Below are positions 51,195 through 62,799 of a stretch of 64,000 bases of DNA, one piece after another; position 1 is the stretch's first letter, and each line of letters begins with the position of its first letter. The notes beneath the pieces were generated by a model that saw only the letters and a program-made list of their open reading frames with translations, was not told where the DNA came from and did not search any database. Both the position numbers and the translations under genes were made by a program. This DNA comes from an uncultured Gemmatimonadales bacterium (GTDB lineage: Bacteria; Gemmatimonadota; Gemmatimonadetes; Gemmatimonadales; GWC2-71-9), in assembly GCA_963844035.1 (NCBI GenBank), contig CAWJMT010000035.1, positions 64,001-128,000 on the forward strand. The letters are read 5' to 3'.

Positions 51195-52478
51195 TCAGGC
51201 GGGCTTTTTGGCCTTCGTGGTATCGGGCTTCATTTTCCGGACGCGGGTGCCGTCCTTCAGGTCTCGCACCGCTTGATACGGACCAGCCGCGATGATTTCC
51301 CCTTCCTTGAGTCCCTCCAGCACTTCGAAGTGCTCATCGCCCGCGATGCCGACGCGGACCGGGCGAAACGTGACGAGCCCCTTTTGAATGACGAATACGC
51401 CTTCGGTCACGCGCCGGTGGCGCGTCACGCTACTCGTGTCCACGGGCCGTGTCTCGGTGGAGAGCGGGGTATTCTCGCGCACGGTCAGGGCGATGATGGG
51501 AATGGTGAGCACCGCGCTGCGCGTGTCGGTGACGATGCGGGCGGTGGCGGAGAGATCGGGGCGCACGTCGACCGGCGGGTGGTCCAGGGTGACCTCCACG
51601 TAGTAGTCGACCGCACGGTTGTTCGCGCTTCCCGCTACCGCGTCGGGATTGTCGATGGAGCTGTTCGAGATCTTCGTCACGCGGCCGAGGAACGTGGTGT
51701 CGGGAAACGCGTCGATCGCGACTTCGACCGAGTCGGCGAGGTGGAGCCGGACGACGTCGGTCTCATCCACCTGGACCTTCGCCTGGATGACGGACAGGTC
51801 GGAGATGGTCATGAGGAGCCCGATGTCCTTGGAGAACGTGCTCGGGACCGCGACCTCGCCCTCCTCGACCGGAAGCCGCGTGATGCGCCCGGCCATCGGC
51901 GCGAGCAGGCGCGTTTTGCGGAGATTGTCGCGGGCTTCCCGCACCGACGCCCGCGCCTGATCCACCTGATGCTCGGCGGCCTGCAGGTTGGCATCGCCAA
52001 TGGCCGATGCGGTCTGCGCCTGCTCGAGCTGCTCGGCCGAGATCAGGTTGGGGTTCTGATCGTGCAGCTCCTGGGTGCGGCGGAGCGTGCGCTGGGCCTG
52101 GTCGCGGTTGGCCCGTGCCTGCACCGCAGCGGCGCCCGCCGTGGAATACGCGGCCTGCGCGCGCTGCAGGTTGGCTTCGTAGACGGTGGGATCGATCTGA
52201 AGCAGCAGCTGTCCCTGGGCGACCACGTCGCCTTCGTGCACCAGGATCTTGATGATGCGGCCGGTGATATCGGTGCTGATGTCCACCTTTTTCTTCGGCT
52301 GGATCTTGCCGCTCGCGGTAACGGCGGCCACCAGGTCACGCCGTACGACCGGCTCCTCGCGCACCTCGACCTCACGTTTCCGGCGGGCGTGAACGGTCCC
52401 CGCGACCGCGCCGGCGAGCACGAGGACGGCGACGATCCCGAGGATGAGCTTGGTCCGGTTGGACATGTCGTTCAGCAT
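51195..52478 (-). CDS. Efflux periplasmic adaptor (MacA/HlyD-like)
   Basis: TM anchor, VTASGKI, VHEGDVV..GQLL, LLAPMAG, VDETDV. Confidence 0.9.
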   Translation of the reverse strand: MLNDMSNRTKLILGIVAVLVLAGAVAGTVHARRKREVEVREEPVVRRDLVAAVTASGKIQPKKKVDISTDITGRIIKILVHEGDVVAQGQLLLQIDPTVYEANLQRAQAAYSTAGAAAVQARANRDQAQRTLRRTQELHDQNPNLISAEQLEQAQTASAIGDANLQAAEHQVDQARASVREARDNLRKTRLLAPMAGRITRLPVEEGEVAVPSTFSKDIGLLMTISDLSVIQAKVQVDETDVVRLHLADSVEVAIDAFPDTTFLGRVTKISNSSIDNPDAVAGSANNRAVDYYVEVTLDHPPVDVRPDLSATARIVTDTRSAVLTIPIIALTVRENTPLSTETRPVDTSSVTRHRRVTEGVFVIQKGLVTFRPVRVGIAGDEHFEVLEGLKEGEIIAAGPYQAVRDLKDGTRVRKMKPDTTKAKKPA

Positions 52479-52485
52479 CGCGCGC

Positions 52486-53958
52486 TCACCGCAGCGGGCG
52501 GCCGACCGCCGCCTCGAGGTCCACCACCGCTTTGTGATACAGATAGACCGCGTTCACGTATTCATACTCCCCGTTGATCTGCGCCAGCTGGGCATCGAGC
52601 AGCTCGAAGAACGTCCCCGAGCCGACCCGGTACCGCTCGGTGGCGAGCTGGAGCTGCTCGCGCGCCGCCGCGCGGCTGGTGTCCTGGATCCCGATCGCCC
52701 GGAACGCCGTCCCGAGCGTGAGGTGGGCCTGGCTCACCTGGGTGCGCACCTCGAGCCCGCGCGCCCGCACCGATTCCGTCAGGTCGTCCCGCTGTGCCTT
52801 GGCCTGCGACACCTGCAACGGTCGTGAGAAGTTTGCAAAGATGGGGATGCTCACCGTGAGCTGGGCCTGGAACGGCTGGTTGGTGAAATGAAACGGATAC
52901 GCCGACTGCGCATCCCGAATCGCCTGCTGCTGGGCCAGCGCCTGGTCGTAGATCAGCGAGCAGGGGAGCGGCGTGAAGCCGCCGTTCAGCCACGCGGTAT
53001 TCTCGTACTGGCACACGGCGTTGTTCGTGTCTGCCTGGGCCTGGCTGGCCGCGATCGCGGGATTGACGTCGGCGAGCTTCTGCGAGAACCCCGACCACCC
53101 CGCCGAGAACGACAGCGAAGGTCCATAGCTCGACGTCGCCGCGCGCACCGCCCAGCTGGCGGCGTTCTCGCGGGCGCGCAGCGCCTTGAGGGATGGGTTT
53201 TGCGCTTCAGCCATCGTCAGCAGCTCCTCGAGCTTCCACGGCGGCGCCGACACGGGGAACGTGTCCGTCAGCTCGATCGTGGCGACGTCGGTGGGGGGTG
53301 CCACCCCCATGACCTGGAACAAGCGCAGCTTCTCGACCGCCATCACGGTTTGCGCCCGGAGCAGTGCGACCGCCGCCTGCCCGCGGGCGACTTCGGCCTG
53401 GCGGACGTCGATCAGGGTCGCCCGCCCGACTTGGAAGCGCGCGCGCGCGAACTCGAGAAATTGCGCGTCGTGATCGACCCGCGTCTGCGCGACGGACGTG
53501 TTCGCGCGCGCCTGCAACACCGTCAGGTACTGGTCGGTCATCGTCGCGATGAGGTTCGTCTCGGCCCCGACGATGTCGGCGTCGACCGCCGCGAGCTGCG
53601 CCTTTGCCAGGCCGGGCTGAGCGAACGTGGACCCCGAGAGCTCCAAATTGAGGCCGAGGTTGTAGTTCGTCGACCAGGTGCTGACGGACTGCGTGAACGC
53701 CTGCGTGAGGAAGCGCTGCTGCCCCGCACCGGCGTACCCCATCCCGCCCGATGCGCTCACCGCGGGAAGGAAGCTCGCATAGGCGTTGCGCGTCCCCCAG
53801 GCGGCGGGGCCGCGATCGTTCAGGACCTGACGGTAGGCGGGGCTGTGCTCACGCGCGAGCGCGATGGCGTCGGCGAGGGACAGGCGCGCGGGGACCGATT
53901 GACCCGCGCCCAGCGCGGGGCAAAGGACAAGCCCGAGGGTGATCAGCATGTGTCTCAT
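52486..53958 (-). CDS. TolC-family outer-membrane efflux protein
   Basis: Signal peptide, LSLADAIALA, RFQVGRATLIDV, ERYRVGSGTFFELLDAQ. Confidence 0.9.
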   Translation of the reverse strand: MRHMLITLGLVLCPALGAGQSVPARLSLADAIALAREHSPAYRQVLNDRGPAAWGTRNAYASFLPAVSASGGMGYAGAGQQRFLTQAFTQSVSTWSTNYNLGLNLELSGSTFAQPGLAKAQLAAVDADIVGAETNLIATMTDQYLTVLQARANTSVAQTRVDHDAQFLEFARARFQVGRATLIDVRQAEVARGQAAVALLRAQTVMAVEKLRLFQVMGVAPPTDVATIELTDTFPVSAPPWKLEELLTMAEAQNPSLKALRARENAASWAVRAATSSYGPSLSFSAGWSGFSQKLADVNPAIAASQAQADTNNAVCQYENTAWLNGGFTPLPCSLIYDQALAQQQAIRDAQSAYPFHFTNQPFQAQLTVSIPIFANFSRPLQVSQAKAQRDDLTESVRARGLEVRTQVSQAHLTLGTAFRAIGIQDTSRAAAREQLQLATERYRVGSGTFFELLDAQLAQINGEYEYVNAVYLYHKAVVDLEAAVGRPLR

Positions 53959-53987
53959 CGGGATCCTAGCGGACGAATGGTGTGATG

Positions 53988-54642
53988 TCACGCTGGTGGC
54001 AGACGCTCGGCGCGGACGCGGCGTGACGGGACCTCGACCTTGTGGAGCTGCGCGCGGTCGTCGAGCCATACGTCGACCACCTGGTTGGCGCCGCCCGTCA
54101 CCGTGACGTGCCGCAGCTGCACGGAGACGCCGTTGATGAGCGTCGTGTCGAGACCGAGGTCGCGAACGGTCAGCGTCTCGCGCCGGCCGGCGCGCGGCAC
54201 GATGGCCTGGATCTCGACGGGCTGCGGCCCCGCCTGCCATGCGACGAACAGATACAGGGCGAACACCGAATCGTCGAGCACGGCAATCCGGCCGGTCCCG
54301 GGAAACTCCCGGGCCTTCTCGGTGCGGCGCCCGAGAAAGCGAACCGTGAAGCGGCCGCGCGACAGCGTGCCGCGGATGCGCTGCGGATCGCGCGGGTCGG
54401 CGACGTCGAACTCGAGGTTCGAGGGCAGGGTGTCGCTGGTGACGTCGAGAATGGGGGCGAGCACCACCGGAGGCTGCTGGTACCGGGAGGTGCTGGCGAG
54501 GGTCCAACCCGGGGAGGCGCCGCGGACGGCGGTCAGGCGGAACTCCTCGTGGGCGATCACGCGCCGTATCGGTGCGCACCACGAGCGACGCCTCGTCGAG
54601 CGGGGCCTGCCACACGAGCATAGCCAGGAGGAGAACGGTCAT
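53988..54642 (-). CDS. Hypothetical exported beta-rich protein (frameshift near 54565)
   Basis: MTVLLLAMLVWQ.. joins ORF 53988..54560; ATGA overlap with the upstream gene. Confidence 0.6.
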
Positions 54643-55355
54643 GCCGCGCTCTCCAGCACTCGCGTCGCGATGCGGTCGTAGATCATCTTATACAGTCGCT
54701 CGCCCTTCTCGCGGGTGGCGATCGTGGGGTGGCCCACCGACCCCGGGCTTGCGACCGGCAGTCCTCCCCGCTTACCGCGACGGAAGCGCGAGTGGAGTTT
54801 GGTCGGCAGCAAAAAGTCCTCGGCCAGCTCCATGTGCACAAGCTCCGGCGCGAGGTACAGAAGCAGCGAAGTGTCGAGCTCGCTGCCGTGCATCGGGCCA
54901 TCGGGGTCTTCGAGCTGGCCCTCGAAGTCGAGTGCGAACACATCGACCGTGAGCACCCGCGCCTTGCGCGTCCGCAGCGTGGACAGCGCTTCCTGGTGCG
55001 GATCGAACCCGTGCGCGGTGAGAATAATAAACGTGTCGACGCCGGCCTGTTCCCAGGATCCGAGGAGATCGTTCATCCAACGATGCAGCGTCTTGCGGCG
55101 TACGGTGGCGTTGCCGGGATACTCCCGCCGGTTGATCCGGTTGACGCCGTACTCGACGGTGGGTGCGCGTAAGATCTGGAAATCGGCCGAGAGGTCGTCC
55201 GCCAGCCGCTCGACGATCACCGTGTCGCACCCGAGCGGCAGATGGGGGCCATGCTGCTCGCAGGTGCCCACGGGCACCAGCAGGCGCGGGTCGCGTTCGA
55301 GCGACAGGCGTACCTTCTCGGGGGTGAGGGTCTTGAGATGCAGCGGCCCGGTCAT
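54639..55355 (-). CDS. Creatininase-family amidohydrolase
   Basis: PVGTCEQHGPHLPLGCD, AHG, HGSELDTS. Confidence 0.88.
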   Translation of the reverse strand: MTGPLHLKTLTPEKVRLSLERDPRLLVPVGTCEQHGPHLPLGCDTVIVERLADDLSADFQILRAPTVEYGVNRINRREYPGNATVRRKTLHRWMNDLLGSWEQAGVDTFIILTAHGFDPHQEALSTLRTRKARVLTVDVFALDFEGQLEDPDGPMHGSELDTSLLLYLAPELVHMELAEDFLLPTKLHSRFRRGKRGGLPVASPGSVGHPTIATREKGERLYKMIYDRIATRVLESAA

Positions 55356-58300
55356 CTAGTCATCGCCGGGGGCATCGCCGCCGTCGCCGCGGCCGAGTGG
55401 CTGCACGGCGCGGCCGCCGGCTGGGCGTGGCTCGCGGGAGCGGCGGGTGTTGCCGCCGTGACCCTCGAGTCGGTGCGGCGGCCGCGGCGCGCCCCCGCGC
55501 TGGGGGCCGCCCTCGCCGTGCTGGTGCTGGGCGTGGTGCTGGTGGACGGGGCCCTGAGGATTCGGCGAATCGAATGCTGCTGGCCCGCGCTGCGGGAGCA
55601 GCGGGTGATCCGCGCCTCCCGGCAGCTGGCCGCCACCTTGTCCGGCGCGGTCGCTGCCGCGCGCCGGCTGGCCGAGGAGGGTGCGCACGGCGCGGACCTG
55701 CCGCGCGCAGCATCGTTTGCGCGGCTGGCCAAGGCGACGCGCGCTGGTCCTCGCGGTACGGAGCGGGGCATCGTCACCTTCAGCGGGAGCGGTGAACCGT
55801 GGGCGTGGGCGGGGCGCCACCGCTTTGTGCCCGCGATCGACACGACGGAACTGCGCGCAGTCATCACCCCATTCTACGTGTCGCTTGAGGCTCGACGCCA
55901 GACGCAGGGGGGTGGCAGCTCCGTCGGGACGGTGCTGCTGTATGCGGCCCCTGCCGTTCCAGACCGCAGCCGCGCCTTGAGCGCCGCCTTCGCGTCGCGA
56001 GCCGCGGCGTCGAGCTGCGGTTCTTCGCACCCCGGCTCGCGCCCGCGGGATCCGACGTGTTCGACTATGCGACCCCGGATGGCGATACGCTGTTCAGCGT
56101 GCTGACGGTACCGCCGACGCAGGGGGACGCCAAACTCGCCGCGCTGATGCGCACCGCCCGGCTCGCGAGCGCGCTGCTCGCGGCGGCGCTTCTCTTGTTG
56201 CTCGCCGCCGCCCCGCCCGGTCGCTGGCGTTGGGTCCGTGGCGCTCGCCGCGACCTGGTGCCTGGTGCGCGCACCGCTGAACCCCGAGACCTCGCTCGCG
56301 GCGTTCTTCTCGCCCGCCACCTTCTATCGGCCGGCGCTGGGCCCCTTCAGTGCGTCGGCGGGATCGTTGATCGTGCTGGCCGCGCTGGTCCTGTTCGCCG
56401 CCGGAATGCTGTGGCGCCGCGGAGTACCGCGGCGCTGGTGGTCGCTCGGGGCTGCGGCGGTGCTGGTCGTTGAGGCACCGTACGTGGTGCGGCACATGGG
56501 ACGGGGCATTACCCCGCCCGCGCAGGGTGTCAGTCTGGCGCTGTGGATGTCCTGGGAAGCGACCCTGGCAGTGACCGGGATGGCGCTCATCCTGCTGGCC
56601 GCCGCGCTGGTACGGGGGTCCACCGAGCCGCGCCGCGCGTCCTGGATCTTGCCGGCCGCCTGCACGTGGGCGGTCCTGGCGGCGATCGCCGGGCTGTGGT
56701 TGTGGAATCCGGACGGCGCCTGGCCCGAGTGGTACACGTTCGTCTGGCTGCCCGCGATCGTGGGCGTCGTGGTCCCGGCCCCGCGGCGCTGGGCGGTGGT
56801 GTCGATCGCGACCGTCGCCGGTACGGCCGCAGCGCTGATCACGTGGGGGGCTGCGGTCGAAGGCCGGATCGCGCTGGCCGATCGGGACGCGCGCGGTCTC
56901 GGCCGGGACGGCGATCCCATGGCCGCAGTGTTGCTGGAGCGCATGGGCGAGCGCGTCGCCGCTGCTCCGGCTCCGCGCACCGCTGGAGACCTGTATGCCT
57001 GGTGGCTCGGGTCCACGCTCGCCCAAGAGGACTATCCGGCGGTGCTTTCCGTCTGGACGCGGGCAGATGAGCCCAAGTCCGAGCTGCGGCTTGCCACCCT
57101 CGATCTCTCCACGCCGCTGATCGCGGCGTTGGTCCACTCACCCGAGACGCGGCGCGGGCCACGGGTGGAGCGGGTGGAAGCCGTTCCCGGCGTTCACTAC
57201 GTGCTGATCGCGCCCTTGGCGAACGGGGACGTCCTGGCCGTCGGCGTGGGGCCGCGCTCCCGTCTGGTGCCTTCGAGTCGCGCTGCGCGGTTTCTCCACG
57301 GCGACCTCCCCGTCACCGCGCCGTATGCGATCGTGTTGTCGCTCCCGAGCCACTCCTCGGCGCCCGTGAGCACGCGGCTCGCGTGGACCCGGGAAGCGTG
57401 GTCGGCGCGCGGCGAACGGGGTGTCGAGCTCCCGGGCGGCGAGCGTCACGTGCATCTCCGCGTCGACCTGCGCGGGCCCTGGCCCCTGCTCGTGCGGGGC
57501 GCGCTGGTGGTCGCGGTCGACGTGGCGCTGCTCGCGGGATGCTGGCTGCTCGGTCTGATGATCGCGGAAGGGTGGCGCCCGAAGTTCCCCCCCATCCTGC
57601 AGGTGCTCCGCACCAGCTTCCGCATGCGGGTCGCGGCGGCGCTGGCCACGTTCTTCGTGCTCCCGGTGCTGGCCTTCGCGGCGTGGAGCTTCACGCGCCT
57701 GCGCGACGATGCGCGTGCCACGCGCGACCTGCTCATTCGTCAGACGCTCAGAGATGCGGCAAGCACGGCGGGTGCCCTGCCGATCGAGCGCGCCGACGTG
57801 TTGCAGGCGGCCGTCGGGGATCTGGGGACGAGGCTCGACGCCGACCTGTGGCTGTATCGAGACGGAGTGCTGGTGGGTACGAGCACGCCGGTGCTGGGCG
57901 AGCTCGGCTTAGCGAGCCCGTTGCTTGCGGCACCGGTCTTTCAACATCTCGCGCTCGAGGACGATCTGGATCAGCAGGCCGATGGCCGGATGGCGGGGCG
58001 GCGCATCCGCATCGGGTACCGCGTCGTGATTGCGGGCCCGCCCCGGTTCCAGGCGGTGCTCGCGGCGCCGCAGCTTTTGGACGACGAGCAGGTGAGCCAA
58101 CAGCAGGAGGACCTGGCCCTGGCGCTGTTGCTCGCGGCGTTCGGCGGCGTGGCGGCGGCGATCTACCTCGCGGGGCTCAGCGCCCGAGGTCTCGCGCGGC
58201 CGGTGGCGGTGCTGCGCGAGGCGGCGGTGGCGGTGGGCAGCGGGACGACGCTGCCCGCGTTTTCTCCCGGACCGTTGCAGGAATTCGCGCCGGTGATGGC

Positions 58301-59382
58301 GGCCTTCGAGCGCATGGCCAGCGACGTCAAGACGAGTCAGGCGGCCCTCGAGGAAGCGCGCCGCCGGGCGGCCCAGGTGCTGGCGAATGTCGCGACCGGC
58401 GTGATCGCCGTGGACGACGGGCTGCGCGTGACCACGGCCAACGGGCGCGCGGCCGAGCTGGTGGGCCTGGCGCTGGCGCCGGGGGACCCGTTGCCGCACG
58501 AGGCGGGCGCCTGGCATCCGGTGTGGAAGACGGTGCGGGACTTCCTGGCGCGCGGCGCCGGCGCGATCGTGGAGCGGGAGTTCACGATCGACGGGCGCCA
58601 GATTCGGGTGCAGGTCGCACCGCTCGGTCCCGAGCCGCGCGGGTGCGTCGTCGCGCTCGATGACACCACGGCGCTGTCCCGCGCCGCACGTGTGCTGGCG
58701 TGGGGGGAGATGGCTCGCCAGGTGGCGCACGAGATCAAGAACCCGCTCACGCCGATCCGGCTGGGAATCCAGCACCTGCAGCGGGCGCGCCGCAGCGACA
58801 AGAACTTCGATGCCACATTGCAGGACACGGCGCGGCGGATCCTCTCCGAGATCGACCGGCTCGACGCCATCGCGCGCGCGTTCTCGCGCTTCGGCTCGCC
58901 GGGGGAAGAGGCGCTGCCGCTCGAGCCCGTGGACCTGTATCGCCACGGCGCGGGAAGTGGTGCAGCTGTACACGCTGGGCGGTCCGGCCCGCGCCGCGCG
59001 ATTCGAGGTCGTCGGCGAGACGGGCGCACCGGTGCTGGCGCGCCGCGACGAGGTGAAGGAGGTGCTCGTCAACCTGCTCGAGAACGCGCGCAACGCGGAG
59101 GCGCGCCGCGTGGTGGTGCGCGTTCCCGCCGATGGCCGCCTGCTGGTGGTCGAGGACGACGGCCACGGGATTCCGGCCGAGGTGCTTCCACGGGTGTTTG
59201 AGCCGGCGTTTTCGACCACGTCGAGCGGATCCGGGCTCGGACTGGCCATCGCGCGGCGTCTGGTGGAGGGGTGGGGTGGAACGATCGGCCTGGCGAGCAC
59301 GCCGGGGCAGGGTACGACGGTGACGATCAGCTTTCCAGCTGCGCGGCCGCGCGATAGCGGGGCCCGCCGGCGAGTGCGCTAG
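55338..59382 (+). CDS. Large multi-TM sensor histidine kinase, NtrY-like C-terminus (frameshifts near 56000, 56235, 58940)
   Basis: HAMP/PAS-like region, AWGEMARQVAHEIKNPLTPI, NLLENA, DDGHGI, FSTTSSGSGLGL. Confidence 0.85.
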
Positions 59383-61442
59383 GCCACGACCGCCACGGCG
59401 GCGGGCAGCAGGACGTGGAAGGTGGCGCCGCGATCGGGGTTGTTGACCGCCCACAGTTTGCCGCCGTGGCCGCGAACGATCGAGCGACAGATCGCGAGCC
59501 CCAGGCCCGGGCGTTGCGGCTTCGACGTGACGAACGGCTCGAACACCTGGTCCAGCTGGTCGGGCGCGATGCCGACCCCAGGGTCCGCCACGGAGAGCTG
59601 AGCGGCGCCGTCCGAGGTGCGGGCGGTCGTGATGGTCAGGCGGCGGTCGCCGCCATTCCGGTCGCCGATCGCTTCGCAGGCGTTCACGATCAAATGGAAC
59701 ACCACCTGTTGCAACTGTACCGGGTCTGCGGTAATCGCGGGAAGCGACGCGGCGAGCCGGAGGTCCGCTGACACCCCGCGCGCCACCAGATCGCCTTCGA
59801 GCGTGGCGAGGACGTCTCTGACGACTTCGTTGAGATCGAGTCGCCGAGGCTGCATTGCGCTGCGTTTCGTGAGCGCGTGCAGGCGCTGAATCACGTCGGC
59901 GGCGCGATGGTTGTCGTGCGTGATATCTTCGAGGATGTTGCGCAGCTCGACAAGATCGGGCTGTTTGCGCGTCAGTATCCGCTGGCCCGCCCGGGCGTTG
60001 GCCAGAATCGCCGCGAGGGGCTGGTTCACTTCATGCGCCAGCGCCCCGGCGAGCTCGCCGAGCAGCTCGGTGCGGCCCACACGCGCCAGCTCGCCCCGCC
60101 GGGCCAACGCCTGCTCCTCGGCACGCTTCCGGTCCGTAATGTCGGCCACGACGCCGATCATGCGAACCGCAGTTTCTCCGCCGTCGCAATGTGCTCGTCC
60201 CTTGCTCATGACCCAGCGGACACCGCCCTCCGGCGCAGGTATCCGGAATTCCGCTTCGTACTCGGCGCAGCGCTCGATCGCGCCCGCGACCGCGCGCATC
60301 AGTGTCGGTCGGTCCTCAGCGCTGAGCAGATCCAGGAATTGATCGAGCGGCGGCCTGCGATCGTCGGCGGAAGCGCCGAGAATGTCCCGCGACTTGGGCG
60401 ACCACGACAATCGGTCGCCCGCGAGGGCCCAGTCGAGCGTCCCCAGCTGCGCCGCGTCCAACGCGAGCGCCAGCCGCTCACCGCTGTGACGGGCGCTTGC
60501 TTCGGCGCGTCCCCGCTCCTCGATCACCGCGGCGAGACTCAGCAGCGGCACCGAGACCACGATCAGGAACAGCTGCATGGCCAGCGCGTTCTCCGCGGGC
60601 GAGTGTGACACAAACGGCCCGTGTCCGTGAATTGCGCCCCAGATTGCGAACATCGCGACGAACACCACGCTGACGCTCGCACCGGGCGCTCCGAATCGCA
60701 CGGCCGCCCATAGCAGGAGCGGCAGCGGGGCGTACAGCAGGGCGGGGGTGGCACGCGGTCCCGCTGCGAAGACGTAGAGACACACGGTAACCAGTGCAGC
60801 GGCGAGGAGACCGCCCTCGACGTAGCGCCGGACCGGCGCCTTCAATACGTCGGCCAGATCCCCTGTACCCACCGCCACGATGACCGGTACCAGGGTGAGG
60901 GTCGCCAGCATGTTGGAGAAGAAACGGATGCGCCACGCGTCCCAGAACGCCACTGCTCCAAAGTGGTTGAGCTTCACGAACGCGATGTCGATGAACGACG
61001 ACAGGAACACCGCGAGGAAGGTGGCCAGCGCGAACAAGCCTACACGGCGAAAGCTGTCGAGACGCAGTGGATCACTGCGCACCAGGCGGACGCAGGCGGC
61101 GCCGATCAACGCTTCGCTGCAATTGCTCACGAACCAGCACAACACCATGGCGGGCGGGAGGCCACTCCCAAGTTCTACCGCGAGGTGGGCGGGGAACGCG
61201 GCGAGCAGAATCACCCACCAGGAGCGCGGCGGCGTCACGAGCAGCGCGCCGAGCAGGATGGCGTTGGGAGGCCACAACGTGGACACGGCCTGGGGAGGCA
61301 TCGTCAGCGCCATGCCGATCTTCGCCCCGACGAAGTAGGCGACCGACACGACCAGGCCGGTGAGCGCCGCCGACGCCAGGTGTCCCGGTGCCGCGGCGTT
61401 GCCGGTTCCATTGTGGAGCGGGGCTTGCGTCGGGTTCATCAT
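59379..61442 (-). CDS. MASE1-PAS histidine kinase (FixL-like C-terminus)
   Basis: LWPPNA, PLLLWAAVRFG, DITDRK, LAHEVNQPL, DPVQLQQV, GLGLAIC. Confidence 0.9.
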   Translation of the reverse strand: MMNPTQAPLHNGTGNAAAPGHLASAALTGLVVSVAYFVGAKIGMALTMPPQAVSTLWPPNAILLGALLVTPPRSWWVILLAAFPAHLAVELGSGLPPAMVLCWFVSNCSEALIGAACVRLVRSDPLRLDSFRRVGLFALATFLAVFLSSFIDIAFVKLNHFGAVAFWDAWRIRFFSNMLATLTLVPVIVAVGTGDLADVLKAPVRRYVEGGLLAAALVTVCLYVFAAGPRATPALLYAPLPLLLWAAVRFGAPGASVSVVFVAMFAIWGAIHGHGPFVSHSPAENALAMQLFLIVVSVPLLSLAAVIEERGRAEASARHSGERLALALDAAQLGTLDWALAGDRLSWSPKSRDILGASADDRRPPLDQFLDLLSAEDRPTLMRAVAGAIERCAEYEAEFRIPAPEGGVRWVMSKGRAHCDGGETAVRMIGVVADITDRKRAEEQALARRGELARVGRTELLGELAGALAHEVNQPLAAILANARAGQRILTRKQPDLVELRNILEDITHDNHRAADVIQRLHALTKRSAMQPRRLDLNEVVRDVLATLEGDLVARGVSADLRLAASLPAITADPVQLQQVVFHLIVNACEAIGDRNGGDRRLTITTARTSDGAAQLSVADPGVGIAPDQLDQVFEPFVTSKPQRPGLGLAICRSIVRGHGGKLWAVNNPDRGATFHVLLPAAVAVVA

Positions 61443-61536
61443 CGGCACGCAATGTATCCCTTCGCGGGCGAGACGCGACCCTACCCTTTGGTGCCATATC
61501 CAACGGGACCGGCCGGAGGAAACATTCGGGCTGACC

Positions 61537-62715
61537 ATGAAACGTCTGCGCTCGATCGCGGTCTTGCTGGGCCTCGCTGCTCTGGCCGTGTCCGCGATCG
61601 GGGCGCAGGAACGGCCGTCCGCCGTGGACAGTCTCCCCGTCGCGTTCTCTCCCGACGCGGGCCCGGAGGCCACCACTCGCCCCGACAGCGGCGGGTTCAA
61701 GATCACACCGCTGCTGGCCCCTGCGTATAACCCGGAGATGCAGTTCCTCATCGCCGGGGGAGTGCTGCTGTCGTGGAAGGCGGGTGTCAACCCCGTTCGA
61801 CTGCAGCGGTCGACCTTGTCCTCCACCATCTCGATTTCGAGCACCGGCGCCGTCAACATTTCGAATTCGCTCACGGCGTTCTGGCTCCAGGACCGTCTTC
61901 GCATCACGGCCGACCTCGCCTTCAAGAACATGCCGGACAACTACTGGGGTGTGGGCTATCGAGACGGCCTCGAGCCGGAGAAGGGCGACAGCACCACGGC
62001 ATACCAGCGGCAATGGGTCAAGTTCGGCGCGCGAGTGGTGTGGGGGGTGGCAAAGCACTGGTTCATCGGCGGCACCTTCGATCTCAATCACACGATTGCG
62101 AGCGATGTGAACCCGGCCATGGCGGCCGACCCGTACTACGTGCGCTACGGCCCCGACAACAAGAACGGCGGCCTGGGAGTGGCCGCACAATACGATAGCC
62201 GGGACGTGGCGACCAATGCCTGGCGCGGCACGTACGTGGGGCTCACGGCGACGTTCTACGACCGCAGGCTCGGCGCAGAGGAGCAGTATCAGGTCGTTCT
62301 CCTCGACTATCGGCAGTACAAGACCCTGGGACGGGATGGCCGGACCCTCGCCTGGCAGCTCAAGGCCCGGGTGGTCGCGCACGAAGCGCCCTGGCCGGAG
62401 CTGTCCATGCTCGGCACGGGATACGATCTCCGGGCGTACGTCGAAGGCCGGTTCCGGGACCGCACCGCGCTGAGCGGAGTCACGGAGTACCGCCACATGT
62501 TCGTGCGGGACGACGGGCGGCTGTCGCGCTTCGGCTTCGTGAGCTGGCTCGGCGCCGGCACGCTGGGAAGGGACCTGACACATCTGACCGGGCTCTTGCC
62601 GGCCGCCGGGGTGGGGCTTCGATTCCAGTTGCAGCCTCGCGGCAACGTGCGGTGCGACTTCGGGTTGGGTAAGGGCTCCTACGGCATCTACTTCAACTTC
62701 ACCGAGGCGTTCTAG
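61537..62715 (+). CDS. BamA/TamA-like (surface antigen) outer-membrane barrel lacking POTRA domains
   Basis: Signal peptide; YDSRD, LRAYVEGRFRD, TEYRH, GVGLRF, YFNFTEAF terminus. Confidence 0.8.
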   Translation: MKRLRSIAVLLGLAALAVSAIGAQERPSAVDSLPVAFSPDAGPEATTRPDSGGFKITPLLAPAYNPEMQFLIAGGVLLSWKAGVNPVRLQRSTLSSTISISSTGAVNISNSLTAFWLQDRLRITADLAFKNMPDNYWGVGYRDGLEPEKGDSTTAYQRQWVKFGARVVWGVAKHWFIGGTFDLNHTIASDVNPAMAADPYYVRYGPDNKNGGLGVAAQYDSRDVATNAWRGTYVGLTATFYDRRLGAEEQYQVVLLDYRQYKTLGRDGRTLAWQLKARVVAHEAPWPELSMLGTGYDLRAYVEGRFRDRTALSGVTEYRHMFVRDDGRLSRFGFVSWLGAGTLGRDLTHLTGLLPAAGVGLRFQLQPRGNVRCDFGLGKGSYGIYFNFTEAF

Positions 62716-62799
62716 CGGGAGATTGGACTTTGGTGCAATGGGTGGCCGGCGGCCGGGCGGCGTAGTTTCGCATGCACCCCTCAACCCAAGGACGTTGCC

